Shown one piece after another: positions 13,501 through 26,322 of a stretch of DNA of 64,000 nt (positions are counted from its first letter, which is position 1; each line of letters begins with the position of its first letter). Source of the DNA: Sphyrna mokarran (taxonomy: Eukaryota); the NCBI GenBank assembly GCA_024679065.1, contig JAGIQG010000005.1, forward strand, positions 92,256,001-92,320,000. The letters run 5' to 3'. The notes under the pieces are model-generated. The model worked only from the letters and a program-made list of their open reading frames with translations, made no database searches and had not been told where the DNA came from. The translations under genes were made by a program, and so were the position numbers.

Positions 13501-14620
13501 ATGCAATTCTCTCATCCCTTTTATATCCCCCTTTATCCTACCTGAAACATCTGAATCCCAGAATGTTAAGTTGCCAATCCTGTCCTTCCCTTAACCAAGT
13601 CTCTGTAATAGCAACAATATCAGTTCCAAGTACTAATCCAAGCTGCAAGTTTATCTACCTCATCTGTTACTCTTCTCGCACTGAAACAAATGCACTTCAG
13701 TCCACCAGACCCTCTTTGATTAGCAACCACATCCTGTCTGCTCTTTCTTTGAGTCTTACTGGCCCTTCTCTTTTTTTGCCTTCTGTTAATTCACCTTTGC
13801 TTTGGTTTCCAACCCCCTGCCAAACTAGATTAAATCCTCCCGTGTGACACTAGCAAACCTCCCAACCAGAATATTTATGCCCTTCCAGTTTAGGTACAAC
13901 CCATCCTTCTTGTATAGATCCTACCTGCCCCAGAAAAGATCTGAATGATCCAAATATCTGAAACCCTCCCTCCTACATCACGTTTAGCCACATGTTGAAC
14001 TATCTTCCTATTTCTACTCTCACAGGCACGTGGTACAGAAAGTAATCCTGAGATTTTAATCGTAGATGTCTTGCTTTTTAATTTTCTACTTAAATCCTTA
14101 ATCTGCAGGATCTCATCACTCTTCCTACCTATGTCGTTAGTAGCAACATATACCACAACCTCTGGCTGTTCACCCTCTCCTTTCAGAATGCTTTTTCCCC
14201 ATTCAGGACATCCTGGATCCTGGCACCAAGGAGGTAACATACCATCCTAGAGTCTCTTCCACATCCATAGAAGCATCCATGTACAGCCCTAACTATAGAA
14301 TCCTCTATAACAATTGTTCTTGTGCTCTTTGTCTCTCCCTGCTTAACATCAGAACAAACCATTGTGCCACTGTTCTGGCTGCTGCTGCTTTTATCCCCTG
14401 ATAGGCCACTCCCCCCACAACAATATCCAAAATGGTATACTTGTTCGAAAGGGGAATGACCTCAGGTGATTCCTGTAATGACTGCCTGCCCCTTTTAGCG
14501 GTCACCATCTATCTGTCTGCACCTTGAGTGTGACCATGTCTCTAAAGCTCTTGTCTATGACGCTTTCTGCCACCTTCATTTTCCGAAGTGCATCCAACTG
14601 CTGCTCCAACCTATCCAAGT
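10515..14620 (-). mobile_element. near full-length decayed CR1 LINE (esterase-type ORF1, APE endonuclease, RT, 3' tail)
   Basis: RT: [36 protein letters not shown] (11432-11812). Endonuclease: GVYYRLPN..GDFHFPYIDW (13170-13397). ORF1: PEVVVYVATNDIGRK (13890-14240). Confidence 0.93.
12301..12642 (+). mobile_element. HE1-like SINE nested in CR1 ORF2
   Basis: SINE head, core and tail interrupt CR1 coding sequence, which resumes on both sides. Confidence 0.9.
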
Positions 14621-16348
14621 CTTGCACATTATCGATTACAATGTATTTTTATGATATTTATGCCATTGTTTTGCATATTTGTAAATAAATTATAAAGGGT
14701 CCTAGCAAATACCGTTTTCTGAAGATCATGTCCCTTTACAAATAAATAGAATTAGTCTGCAAACTTGTTAAGCATTGATTAGCTTTCAACTTCACTAGTA
14801 CCCATCTGAAATTGAAATGTGGTATAGTTCAACCCCAGTAATGATTAACTAGTTTTTCTTGAAAGACTGTACTGCAATCGGGATTTGCAAGGAACTACAG
14901 ATAAGATAGTCAATCTGCTAATTGTTAAACTGTGATGATTCATTCAGCAAGTCAGCTTATTTCAGAATAGGTTCATTCACAATGCAATCAAAGGCCAACT
15001 GCCTAAACAAATGTATGACATTCTCACAATGTTTCCTCTTAGATCCCTCCAGTCTGCATGGGGTGTTTATTGCATTGCACAGTTTCTTTAAGATTTCCCC
15101 TCTGCAACATCTTAAACGGATTTGGCCCGTTGGTCCCCTTTGCAGCACATAGCCGTGCACTGTGCAGCTTACAACAAACATTGCCTATACCAAACACAAC
15201 TATTTGTGAAAGACAAGTGGTTGTGTTTTGTTCAGGCATTACTGTTGTGCCTTAAATTAATCGATCCTGCACCTTCAGTGGAAACCATGCCCATAGGGAG
15301 CACTAGTTGGCGCAGTGGTTCTCCAACCTTTTGGAATGATTATATTGATTATATAATGATAATTATTCAAATGGATAATAATCATGGACTCCAATCTAAA
15401 TGATAATATAATATAATACTCATGATATGAAAGTGAGGAATGTAAAGTGTACTTCATAACGCTTTTAAGGAAAGATGAGATAGGTATGCTCCCTCTCACT
15501 GCAGTCTGTCAATCCTTGCTGTGATATTTGACAGTGACAGTGGTAAATCATTCTCTATTTACAAACAGGATATGGGAAAACTTTTATTTGCTGCCCCTTT
15601 CTTTAAGTATATGATAAAAAACATTCCCTCTCTTGCATAAGGTTGAACTTACCAGATGCCTATCACCAGCTTTGCTAACTGCAGGTCTACATCGAGCTGC
15701 CCTTCCATGTAGAATTTGCTGTGACATTCAGCCACCCCACTCTGCAAAGTGGCGCCCAGACTTCAATCCCACCTCTGGCCAGTCCTTAACTGCTTACTCT
15801 GCCTTGACACACCATGACCACAGCAACCTGGATGGCTGCTATCACTGCTCAGCCACAAAGCCAGCCCTTGTTGGCAAACACTTTGATATTATATTGTAGA
15901 GCCTCTGGGAGGTCTTTATAGACGTGTGAGAATCCATGGACAATTGATTTAGGAGAATCAGTATTTGGACATTGTGACCCTCGCATGAATCAATACTATC
16001 ATTGAATGAGGCTTCTCTCTGTGAGTGCAGGATTATTTCAATTTAGCCTCTATGCAATCTGAAGTCACAGCCAAATCTAACACTAGAAAGAAATTGAGTG
16101 AAACTCCCAGGAGCACAATCTCATTTTGTACAGTATCTTCAACTCTGTACAAAAATGTGTACAGTTTTGTAGTCAGTGCAAAACAGAAAAGGCTAAACCT
16201 GTGTAATGGAAAAGTGCTGATGGTGGAGTTAGTACTAAGAGAATAGTGTAGTACTGAGTCAAATATGGAGAAGCATGCTAAGATTTAGTTGAGGAAGTGC
16301 ATTTTATGATATATTGCCTGTAATTGTCGACTAGTAGTGGACACACAC

Positions 16349-16460
16349 GGTGGGATTTTGCAGCCTCACTCGGGCGAGATCGTAAAATCCTGCCCGAGGC
16401 CAACAGAGATTTCTGTTCTGGGAAATCCCTCCCCCTTCCCAGTTTTCAGCCACAGTTTTC
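16349..16460. mobile_element. short MITE fragment
   Basis: GGGATTTTGC..CTCGGGCGAGATCGTAAAATCCTGCCCGAG internal inverted repeats; similar to 49968 and 55840. Confidence 0.45.
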
Positions 16461-17049
16461 CAGCATTCCGTGCATATTGGTTGTCACCAAAGATACCAGT
16501 GGAGCTTAAAAGTTTTTTAGCATTAGTTGCAAAAAAAAATGTTGCAAGTCATGTTTGGATCAGAAAACCTAGACTGTGAAATGATTGGAAAATGTGTTTG
16601 CATTAAAAATGACAACAACTTGTGTTTATATTCATTTATCTGGAGCTAACAACATCAGTGACGAAACTTTTGCTTAAACGGTCTTAAGGGAGAAAGTAGA
16701 TTTGATCCCATCTGTGGTTTTGAAGTGATGAGGCCTATGTACTTGCTGTAAACAAAACCAATGCTTGAGCTGAGGTCTATTGCAGTTTACCTCAGATATT
16801 GATATGCTGTTAAACCACTGGGGTAGAATCTGAGGCGGAGATTTGTCATGCCAGATTTTTGCTCCTTATATTATCCGTTAAAAACTCCAATCAGAAGTGA
16901 AGAATGCTGCAATATGGGTGAGCATCTTCTGACTGGAATGAGGAAGTACATTCTGTGATATGTTTCCTGTCATTTGTGTGCTAGGAGTGGTTGCTAAAGG
17001 CACAGGGGCTCAAAATTTAAAGGCCATCCTCTCAAAAGTCCAAACAACA

Positions 17050-17170
17050 CTACTGCGAGGGCAGGAAGTCTGAAGTAGATCAGAAAGTTCTGGAAACGTT
17101 CATCAGGCCAATGGTATCTGTGAGCAGGAGAAAAGAGTTATGTTCTGAGTCAAATATGATTCTTCTTCAT
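17050..17170 (-). mobile_element. old Penelope-type terminal fragment
   Basis: Degenerate reverse complement of 34028-34162. Confidence 0.45.
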
Positions 17171-17598
17171 ATTTGATTTGAAATGCCTGGTAGCGGAATT
17201 CCTTTAAAGGAGCAATCCTTCAGGGCCACGTGATCGGGATGGACCCTACGAAGAGGCAGCGCAGAAGGCCGAGCCAGTGAGGAAAAAGGGATTCCTCCTT
17301 AGTTGGGGAGGAACCTGAGTTGAAGCCGGGGAGGAGAAGAGTAGAGATGTACTGCAGTTCCATCAGACCCTTGGTTACATGTATATAAAAATTGTTGCTA
17401 ATAAATTAATAACTCACAACCATAACAGGCTGCTTCTGAAATTACTGGAAAATGCTGCAAGTCTTGAGTATTTCTAGCATCTTCTGGATATATTTCTCTG
17501 AAGTATACTTGTCGAATTGAAAATGTCAGAACTTGACTTCTTTTTTCCATTCTGTTGCATTTAAACTAGAAGCCCTCATGTCACAATGACAGGGCACC

Positions 17599-17627
17599 AT
17601 GTCTGAGGTAGATGCACCATCAGTGCT
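17599..17627 (+). CDS. candidate first coding exon (MSEVDAPSV-L) of an unidentified gene
   Basis: Pyrimidine tract plus TAG at 17569, Kozak-like GCACCATG, donor GTAAGT at 17628, phase 2. Inference only. Confidence 0.2.
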
Positions 17628-18042
17628 GTAAGTGCAACTTGTTCCTGTCTGCAGGATAAAAGTACACTTCGCACTCATCCCCGTAGACTGGTAGAAATGC
17701 CTTCTCATCAGGATCAGCTTACAAAAAAGTCCCACTGTCAGAACCTCTGGACTAAAATGTTCAATCATTTTTCACTTCTTAACCACAATTTTAAAAAAAA
17801 TCTGGGTTTCAGTCTGCTTTTTGTACACAATTGGGAACATTACAGTAAATCCTCAGATGAAGGCAAATCTGAATGCAGCAGAGGCATTTATTAAGCTGCT
17901 AACCAGAGGATTAGTGAATCTAAACCTGCAAAGGTTGCTTCCAAAAGCTCTGGCAATTTGCATGGCCCTAATATTTTTTTGCTCTATTCCTTGAAGTTAA
18001 AATTGAGGAACTTCAGTCCAAATTTATTGCAATAGCGCCTGC

Positions 18043-18288
18043 TAAGAACAAAGCACAGGAACAGTCCCTTTAGCCCTCCAGGCCTGTGACGATCAAGATG
18101 GCCTAACTAAACTAAAGAAGATCCTTTTGCTCCACACAGTCTGCATCCCTCTAGTCCCTCCTTATTCATGTACTCACCCAAATGCCTCTCAAATGTTGCT
18201 AATGTGCCTGCTTCCACCAACTCCTCTGGTAGCGGATTCCAGGCACCCACCGCTCTCTGTGTGAAAACTTCCCCCGCACATCTTCCTT
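18043..18288 (-). mobile_element. CR1 LINE 3' fragment
   Basis: Matches the 3' end of the 10515 CR1 (ACAGGAACAG..CCCTTTAGCCCTCCA..CTAACTAAACTAA..CCTTATTCATGTA). Confidence 0.8.
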
Positions 18289-18849
18289 AATAGTTGCTGC
18301 TGTGGCAACTATTCATTTCACAGTCAATAAAATGGAGGCTGTGGTAAAATAAGGTGAAATTGCACATGCCAGAACTGCAACAATCTTCAAGAAAAGACAA
18401 AGCTCTCCCTAAGCGATCGTTTATGAAAGCGCAATGTCGAGCTACAACTAGGACGAGAATGCTCAGTGAATACACTGCTCAATTGGCATTAAAATTCTGA
18501 TCTGGGCCCTATAATTAGTCTAAGACCTGGGTTTTAAACAGCCTCCTGACTGATCCGTGCTGGAGGGCGGGGCCCCTTTCTCGTGGCCTGCCTGAGGGTT
18601 GAAGCAGGTGGGCAAATGAGCAGCGCAGATGTTGAACCAGAATTTTCCTCTTTTGGCCATGCAGTGAGAAAGGGGCAGCAAGCAGTTGGAAATACTCTTC
18701 CCTATCGCCCCTGTGACAGAAATGGAAGTTTGCTGACCTTATTTTTTTTATCAGTTTTGGACAATTCAGCTGAATTTGAATTTTACAGAACTGGCCTGGA
18801 CTTGCACTTTATTTGGTGGCTGTGTTGCAACAACACATTTGATTTACAG

Positions 18850-18957
18850 CAAGAGAACGCTCGATGATCTAATGGAACTGATTACCTGCAACCCTCTAGG
18901 GGTAAAGGATAAACAGTACAACTTCCTCACTGGAGTAATAATGCAACTGATAAAAAG
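18850..18957 (+). CDS. candidate coding exon KRTLDDLMELITCNPLGVKDKQYNFLTGVIMQLIK
   Basis: TTTACAG acceptor, AAG/GTAAAC donor, 108 nt, open in phase 2-2. Protein not recognised. Confidence 0.3.
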
Positions 18958-19221
18958 GTAAACACTAACAACCAGAAATATGGCTCCCTACTACAGTTGG
19001 CTACAATCTATGTTTATTAAAAGATTATTAAGTAAGGGTTTACTGGATATGCAAAACTCACTCCTGTTGTCTTCAGTCTTCTTTGTCACCCCAACTTTAG
19101 TGTCAAATATGAATAACAATGCGAGGAACAATCAATTCCTGCAATAACAACTACACAATGTCACTGATGAGATCTACAAGGACTTTGAGATGAGTATATT
19201 CTTTTCTCTTTTAAAACAGGG

Positions 19222-19548
19222 AAGGCAGTGGTGTACTGTCATTATCACTGGACTAGTAATCTAGAGACCCAGGGTAATGCTCTGAGAATGCCGGTTCAGA
19301 TCCTGCCATGACAGATAGTGAAATTTGAATTCAATAAAATCTGGAATTGAAAGTCAAATGATGACAATGAAATCATTGTTGTAAAAACACACTTGGCTCT
19401 TTAATGTCTTTTAGGGAAGGAAATTTGTTGTCCTTACCTGGCCTGGCCTACACATGACTCCAGACCCATGGCAATATTGTTCAGTTCAATACCATCAGGA
19501 ATAAGCAATGAATGTGGGTCCAGCCAGCAATGCTCATATCCCGTGAGC
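19222..19548 (+). mobile_element. second tRNA-derived SINE family with LINE-derived tail
   Basis: GGACTAGTAATCTAGAG head and GGGAAGGAAAT..CCTTACCTGGCCTGGCCTACACATGACTCCAGACCC body; related copies at 51790, 55985, 62415 and 63180. Confidence 0.7.
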
Positions 19549-20214
19549 AAAAACTTTTAAAAATTACGTTGGTTGTTATATGTGTATGTACTAGTGTTCA
19601 GATGCGATTGAATTTACAAATAATCTCAGAGTACTTTTACTCATCACACAGTGGCCTGGCAGAAGAAAATGTTGCATATCCCATAAACTGTCTGCAAGAT
19701 TGAGGAACACAATAGAGACTATGCAATAACAAATGGTCTCCAAATTCACCTAACCAACAATTTGACCTTCTAAATACGCTGGACCCTACCTGCAGCTGAA
19801 CACTGTTTCTTGGATGAGTGATCTGCAAATTTATTGAATGGGCCTTTGATGTCCAAATTTGGTAAATCAGCTGGTTGGACTAAATAATGTCAATTTCACA
19901 ATTATCATTACAATTGATGACAATCACTAACAATTGTTCCATCATTACAAGATCCAAGCTGTTGTGTTATCAGTATTCAGAAAAATGATGATAAATCAAA
20001 CTCGGGTAGTTAAAGGATTTACATGGTGAGAAGTGCTACTTGATGTACCCCCAGTATCATTACTGGACCACTGTTGTTTCTAATTTCCCAAAGTTATTTA
20101 GACTCAGAAACTCAAAGGAAAATAGTCAAATAGGCAGGTAGTACCAACCTTTGCAGAAGAAATTAAAGTGGGTTATTTCAATTTGAGAAGGCACTTTAGA
20201 AAATATACAATGAG

Positions 20215-21877
20215 TCAGGCAGGGAGATGTAAATGTAGTTGTGGAGAACACTGGGATACAGGGTTGCAAACTGGAAAATATTGAAGTAGATAAGGAGGAT
20301 GTGCTAGATATTCTTGAGGGTTTGAAGTTAGATAAGTCCCCTGGGCTGGACGGGATTTACCCTAGGATTCTCTGGGAGGCGAGAGAGGAGATTGCAGAGC
20401 CTCTGTCTCTGATCTTCAGGTCGTCGTTGGTTACGGGTATAGTGCCGGAAGACTGGAGGATAGCGAATGTGGTCCCATTGTTCAAGAAGGGGAATAGACA
20501 CTTTCCTGGGAATTATAGACCAGTGAGTCTTACTTCTGTTGTGGGCAAAGTATTGGAAAGAATTATTAGGGATAGGATTTATAGTTATTTAGAGAGAAAT
20601 GAATGATTGGGGATAGTCAGCATGGTTTTGTGAAGGGTAGGTCGTGCCTTACTAATCTTATTGAGTTTTTTGAAAAAGTGACCAAAGAGGTGGATGGGGG
20701 TGAGGCAGTTGATGTGGTATATATGGACTTTAGTAAGGCGTTCGATAAGGTGGCCCATGGAAGGCTTCTGCAGAAAATGCAGAGGTATGGGATTGAGGGT
20801 GATTTAGCTAATTGGATTAGGAATTGGCAAGCAGATAGAAGACAGAGGGTAGTGGTTGACGGAAGATATTCATCGTGGAGTTCGGTTACAAGTGGAATAC
20901 CTCAGGGATCTGTTTTGGGGCCCCTGCTGTTTGTAATTTTTATAAATGATCTGGATGAGGGTATTGAAGGATGGATTAATAAATTTGCGGATGACACCAA
21001 AGTCGGAGGAGTGGTAGATAGTGAAGAGGGGTGTTATAGTTTGCAGAGAGACTTGGACAAGTTGCAGAGCTGGCCGAGAGGTGGCAAATGGAGTTTAATG
21101 TGGAAAAGTGTGAGGTAATTCACTTTGGCAGGAATAACAAATGTGTAGAGTATAGGGCTAATGGTAGGACTCTTAATAGCGTTGAAGAACAGAGGGATCT
21201 TGGTGTATATGTGCATAGATCCCTGAAAGTTGGCAATCAAGTTGGTAAGGTTGTTAAGAAGGCATATGGAGTCTTAGCTTTTATTGGTAGGGGGATTGAA
21301 TTTCGGAGCTGCAACGTCATGTTTCAACTGTACAAAACTCTAGTGCGGCCGCACTTGGAGTATTGTGTACAGTTCTGGTCCCCGCATTATAAGAAAGATG
21401 TGGAGGCATTGGAGAGGGTACAGAGGAGGTTTACCAGATGTTGCCTGGTATGGAAGGCAGGTCTTATGAAGAGAGGCTGAGGGATTTGAGGTTGTTTTCG
21501 TTAGAAAAAAGGTGGCTAAGAGGAGACCTTATTGAAACATTAAGATGATTAGAGGTTTAGATAGGGTGGACAGTGATAGCCTTTTTCCTAGGATGGAGAA
21601 AGCTAGCACGAGGGGACATAGCTTTAAATTAAGGGGTGGTAGTTATAGGACGGATGTCAAAGGTAGGTTCTTTACCCAGAGGGTGGTAAGGGTAAGGAAT
21701 GCCCTGCCTGCTGCAGTTGTAGATGCGCCAAGTTTGGTGGCGTTTAAGAGGTTAGTAGACAAGTTTATGGACGAAAAGGGAATGGTTTAGATTAGAGGGT
21801 CATTTCTTTCTCCTAATTGGTCGGCGCAACATCGAAGGCCAAAGGGCCTGTTCTGCGCTGTAATGGTCTATGTTCTA
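20215..21877 (+). mobile_element. young 5'-truncated CR1 LINE (RT domain, few frameshifts)
   Basis: Consecutive ORFs 20241-21790: [50 protein letters not shown]; tail CTATGTTCTA. Confidence 0.95.
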
Positions 21878-22159
21878 AATACGAAAGAGAGTGGAAGAGT
21901 AGCAGATGAAATTTAATGTAGGATAGTATAAAGAACAATATTTTGGAAGGACAAATAGGCAAAAATGGTGCAGCAATAGTTATAGATAATGTTAAATAAA
22001 GACCAGGACATCTTAGTATACACAGGCTGAAATAGCCAAACAAACCTAGCAAAAAGTTAAACTATAAAGTCAAAACAGATAAAAATTGAAGTGAGCGAAA
22101 GCCATAATCAAACTGTACAGAACTCTAGTCACCACACAATTATATAAATGCTGGTCATC

Positions 22160-22722
22160 GAGACATTTAAGCATTGGGAGGGGAGTAAACAAGAGACTAA
22201 GGAAATTTGGCACGTCTGTTACAATGCTCACCAACTTCTACAGATGGACCATAGAAAGCATTCTTTCTGGTCGTATCACAGCTTGGTATGGTTCCTGCTC
22301 TGCCCAAAATGCCAAGGAACTACAAAGGGTCATGAATGAAGCCCAGTCCATCACTCAAACCAGCATCCCATCCATTGACACTGCCTACACTTTCAATTGC
22401 CTTGGAAAAGCAGCCAGTGTAATTAAGGACATCATGCACCCTGGATTCTCTCTTCCACCTCCTTCCATCAGGAAAAAGATACAAAAGTCTGAGATCACAT
22501 ACCGACCGACTCAAAAACAGTTTCTTCCCTGCTGTTAACAAACTTTTAAATGGACTTACCTTGTATTAAGTTGATCTTTCTCTATACCCCTAACTATGAC
22601 TGCAATATTATATTCTGCACTTTCTCCTTCCCTCCTCTGTGTACAGTAGGATTTGTCTTTACATGTGCAAGAAACAATACTTTTCAGTATATATTAATAC
22701 ATGTGACAATAATAAATCAAAT
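22160..22722 (+). mobile_element. Rex1/Babar LINE 3' fragment
   Basis: LTNFYRWTIESILSGRITAWYG..LQRVMNEAQSIT (ORF 22224-22538); tail AATAAATCAAATCA. Confidence 0.85.
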
Positions 22723-23220
22723 CAGAGTCCTAATTCTGATCGCTGTAATTTTCAGTGACTTGGAAAAACTTGGAAAAATGCACATTACTCAACTTTGAAG
22801 GGATTTGATCTTATAGAAGTGTGTGAGATTAAAAATTGCATGGAACAGGTAAACCTGGAAAATCACTTTGAATTTCATTGTGTAACAAGAATAAGAAATC
22901 GCAGCTTTAATCTTGTAAAAAGCATGTTAAGCTCTGATATCAGAGGGTTCCTGGTGCAGAAGGTGATAGACATACGAAAAGGACTCCCAAATGGAAGAAT
23001 GAGAGGGGAAACTTTGGAATAGTTTAAAAGGCCACCACTTGCTGCATTGGAGGTGTTTCCGTGTAATTGTAGATGGTTGGAATTTTAACGCCACCTGGCT
23101 AGCTCAATGCCAGTAATTAATTAAAATCGCTCAGGTCATTCAATAGCCCTGGAGCCGATGGGAACTGACAGCTTTGACTTCCACTGCTCTTCTGAGTAGG
23201 TAAGAAGAATGCCTGCCCAA

Positions 23221-24030
23221 GAACATAGGACACAAAACATTACAGCGCAGTACAGGTCCTTCGGCCCTCAATGTTGCGCTAACCAATGGAACCAATCTTA
23301 TGACACTCTAACTTAAACTATTCCAATGCTATCCATATGCCTATCTACTGACCATTTAAACGCCCTTAAACTTGGCAAGTCCACAACTGCTGTAGGCAGG
23401 GCATTCCACGCCCTTACTACCCTCTGAGTAAAGAACCCATCTCGAACATCCGTCCTATAACAACCACCTCTTAATTTAAAGCTATGTCCCCTCATGTTAG
23501 CCATCTCCATCCGAGGAAAAAGGCTCTCACTGTCCATCCTATCTAACCCTCTAATCATCTTATATACCTCAATTATGTCACCTTCTTCTCTCTAATGAAA
23601 ATAACCTCAAGTCGCTTTCCTCATAAGACCTATCCACCATACCAGGCAACATCCTGGTAAACCTCCTCTGCACCCTTTCCAATGCCTCCACATCTTTCTT
23701 ATAATGTGGCAACCAAAACTGTACACAATACTCCAAATGTGGCCGCACCAGGGTTTTGTACAGTTGCAACCTGAAGTCTTGGCTCAGAAACTCAATCCCT
23801 CTACCAATAAAAGCTAACACATAGTATGCCTTCTTAACAACCTTATCAACTTGGGTACCAACTTTCAGGGATCTATCCACAAGTATACCGAGATTTATCT
23901 GCTCATCTACACTACTAAGAGTCCTACCATTAGCCCTATATTCTGTACACATATTACTCTTATCTAAGTGAATCACCTCACACTTTTCTGCATTAAGCTC
24001 CATTTGCCACCTCTCGGCTCAGCTCTGCAG
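23221..24030 (-). mobile_element. CR1 LINE 3' fragment
   Basis: LYKTLVRPHLEYCVQFW..LERVQRRFTRM; RGHSFKL; GAACATAG tail. Confidence 0.93.
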
Positions 24031-24370
24031 CTTATCTTACCTCCGAGTTTTTCCAGGAATCCCAAGGGCAAAGAGGTCCTCATTAAGGAATGTTATCAGG
24101 ACTGGGATGCAATAATAACCAGATGGCTTGAGCACCAAATGGCAATGAGATTCTTATCATGCCAAACCAACAGTGAGGATGTTTGAAATCAGAACTGTCT
24201 CGTAGATGTATGTTTTTCAAATTAAAATATTTATTTTTCTAATTGGTCCACCTTATTGTCTAACGAGGGGCATACACGCGATGAGTCGTGAGAGGGCTGC
24301 TCTTGGATCTTTTTCAAGAGTATCCTAGTGCTTCACATTGTTAGTGTACACTTGACCTGGACCATTTGAT

Positions 24371-24692
24371 GGGCAACACGACAGCTCAGTGACTATCGCT
24401 GTGCTGTGCAGATACATGGATTTGGGCCTGTGTCTGTGGGAGTTTGTGCATTCTCCCCGTGCTTGTGTGGGTTTTCTCCGGGCGCTCCAGTTTCCTCCCA
24501 CATCCCAAAGATGAGCTCTTAGGATAATTGGCAGAACAAATTCTCCCTAAATTGTCTCAAATTTGGTTTTTTAATCCATAGATCTATAAACATAGACAGG
24601 GATCGCGGGTAGAGGCGGGAACATTGGGGTGGCGGCGCGGGCTCGTTGGGCCGAAGGGCCTGTTTCCCATGCTGTTTTGTTCTTTGTTCTTT
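24371..24692 (+). mobile_element. divergent HE1-related SINE
   Basis: GTCTGTGGGAGTTTGTGCATTCTCCCCGTG..GCTCCAGTTTCCTCCCACATCCCAAAGA core; GGGCCGAAGGGCCTGTTTCC tail. Confidence 0.75.
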
Positions 24693-26322
24693 GTAATTAT
24701 TCCAGGTGGAGTAGGAAGACTCCTTAAGATTCCACAAGACCTCATGCAGAACATTCCCAGGAACTAACCCCAGTGCTTACCTGTTGGATCCAGTGGAACC
24801 AGCTGCGGTGATGTAAATGAGATCTGAGTGTTACCTCCATTATCGGGGCGCAAGTTTTCTAAATCATAACTCTGCTCGCCAGCCAAGAAAAATGGCCTGA
24901 AGTTCAAACCAAGGCTTTTGTCTGCTTATGGAAACCGCAGTCTAGCCTTGAACACAAATATAGATATTGGGATAAAGCCAAAAGCTCTAACACACATGTC
25001 CTTAGCATCCACATGGGACGTTTGAAACATATGGAACATTTCCCTTTCAGAATAGTTTGGGTTTTCTGCTGCGTCTGTGATACTCTATCCATTTCTTTCT
25101 CTTCTGGCAGTGTGGTGCATGTTTTTTTGTCTGCTTCAGGTCATTTTGAGAATTTTCACATTCCTTCTGCTGCTTTTGGAAAATCTTTGAACAAGTGTCA
25201 ATAATGTGTTTTCTGCTAAAAGTCAAATTTTGAGAATTTAATACAAACTGCTTCATTTGCCCCATGACAAGCCACAAAAAAATCTTTCAACTAGGGATCA
25301 GCGTGTTAAAGGCTATAACACCTGATTACTCAAAACATTTCAACAGAAGGTAAGAAGTGAGTGTCTGCTGGGTTAGCATAGAAAAACAAATAGAGCCACA
25401 TTAATGACATTTGGCATTTGCATTAGTACAAAACAAAATTATATGAACATTTTAGTGATTGCAATATCCTGGAATAATAGAAATTTTAAAATTCACTTGC
25501 CTCTGCAATTAGAAATCTGCAATTGAGATCAAAGCACACAACAATACATCCATGTACTGTTGTCATCTGATCTTAGATGGAAGACCATAATGACTCTATG
25601 ATACTGTAAGCAAGTGTGTTGACCATTGACCATACCCAGCAAAAAGATATAGATGACTCATCCTGTTTGATTGAATCTGGCAAAACATCTAAGTGGCTGC
25701 AAAGTGCACTTAAATGCAGAAAGAAGCAGCACAGCCCAGGGTAGATGTTTATGGCCTTGCTATATATAATCAGCTTTCATCAGCTTTCTTCCCCTCATTT
25801 TGTTGTTGCATAATTTGGCCTTGCATAAATGCCTGTTATTCATTAACTCCATGTTAGCTAAAGGAAGATCCAGTGTGAAGTGACTTATAGTTTTTCCAGG
25901 AATCCCATTAAATTGTGAAATCCCGTACACAACATGTTACCAAAATAATGCTGGTCTGGACCAAAGTAGTTGGCTCAGCAATTCATCAGTGAATATTCAT
26001 ATCAGGATGTAAAATTATTAAAATGTCAAAGTATTGAGTCATTTAAAGCTTTTTAGTTAGCTTTCTGCGTGTTTGTGAATTGAGGATCCAACATTTGTAT
26101 CCTTTTTATGGACCGTCAACAGTTCTGTTTTAGAAAATCATAAAGATCTGATTAACATGTGACATTGTTCTAATTCTAATTCAAAGAAACAGTTATTTCT
26201 TTTGCTTTGCAATTAATTTGTTCAAGGCAGACAGGCTGATACGAGTGGTGAGATTTCTGACATGAGAACATGACTGAATGAGATAAACAGGTGAGTTTGA
26301 AATAGCATTGAGTTTATATAAA

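Larger units (their letters stand above)
19780..23045 (+). mobile_element. ancient, highly decayed CR1-type LINE hosting two younger insertions
   Basis: Eroded GVPQGS/LGPLLF-like segment at ~20040-20090, collinear remnants at 21880-22150, and track ORF 22795-23022 (KGFDLIEVCEI..TRIRNRSFNL). Confidence 0.55.

Noticed and set aside
15653-15741. Minus-strand exon SGVAECHSKFYMEGQLDVDLQLAKLVIGI
   Set aside because: Good donor but poor acceptor, no partner exons found, and peptide not recognised.
19062-19138. Minus-strand coding exon (TTGCAG..GTGAGT)
   Set aside because: Stop codons in all three frames; at most non-coding.
20241-21790. Functional reverse transcriptase gene
   Set aside because: Split over four ORFs by frameshifts and lacks the endonuclease and ORF1.
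26227-26290. Plus-strand exon ending CAG/GTGAGT
   Set aside because: Stops in all three frames.
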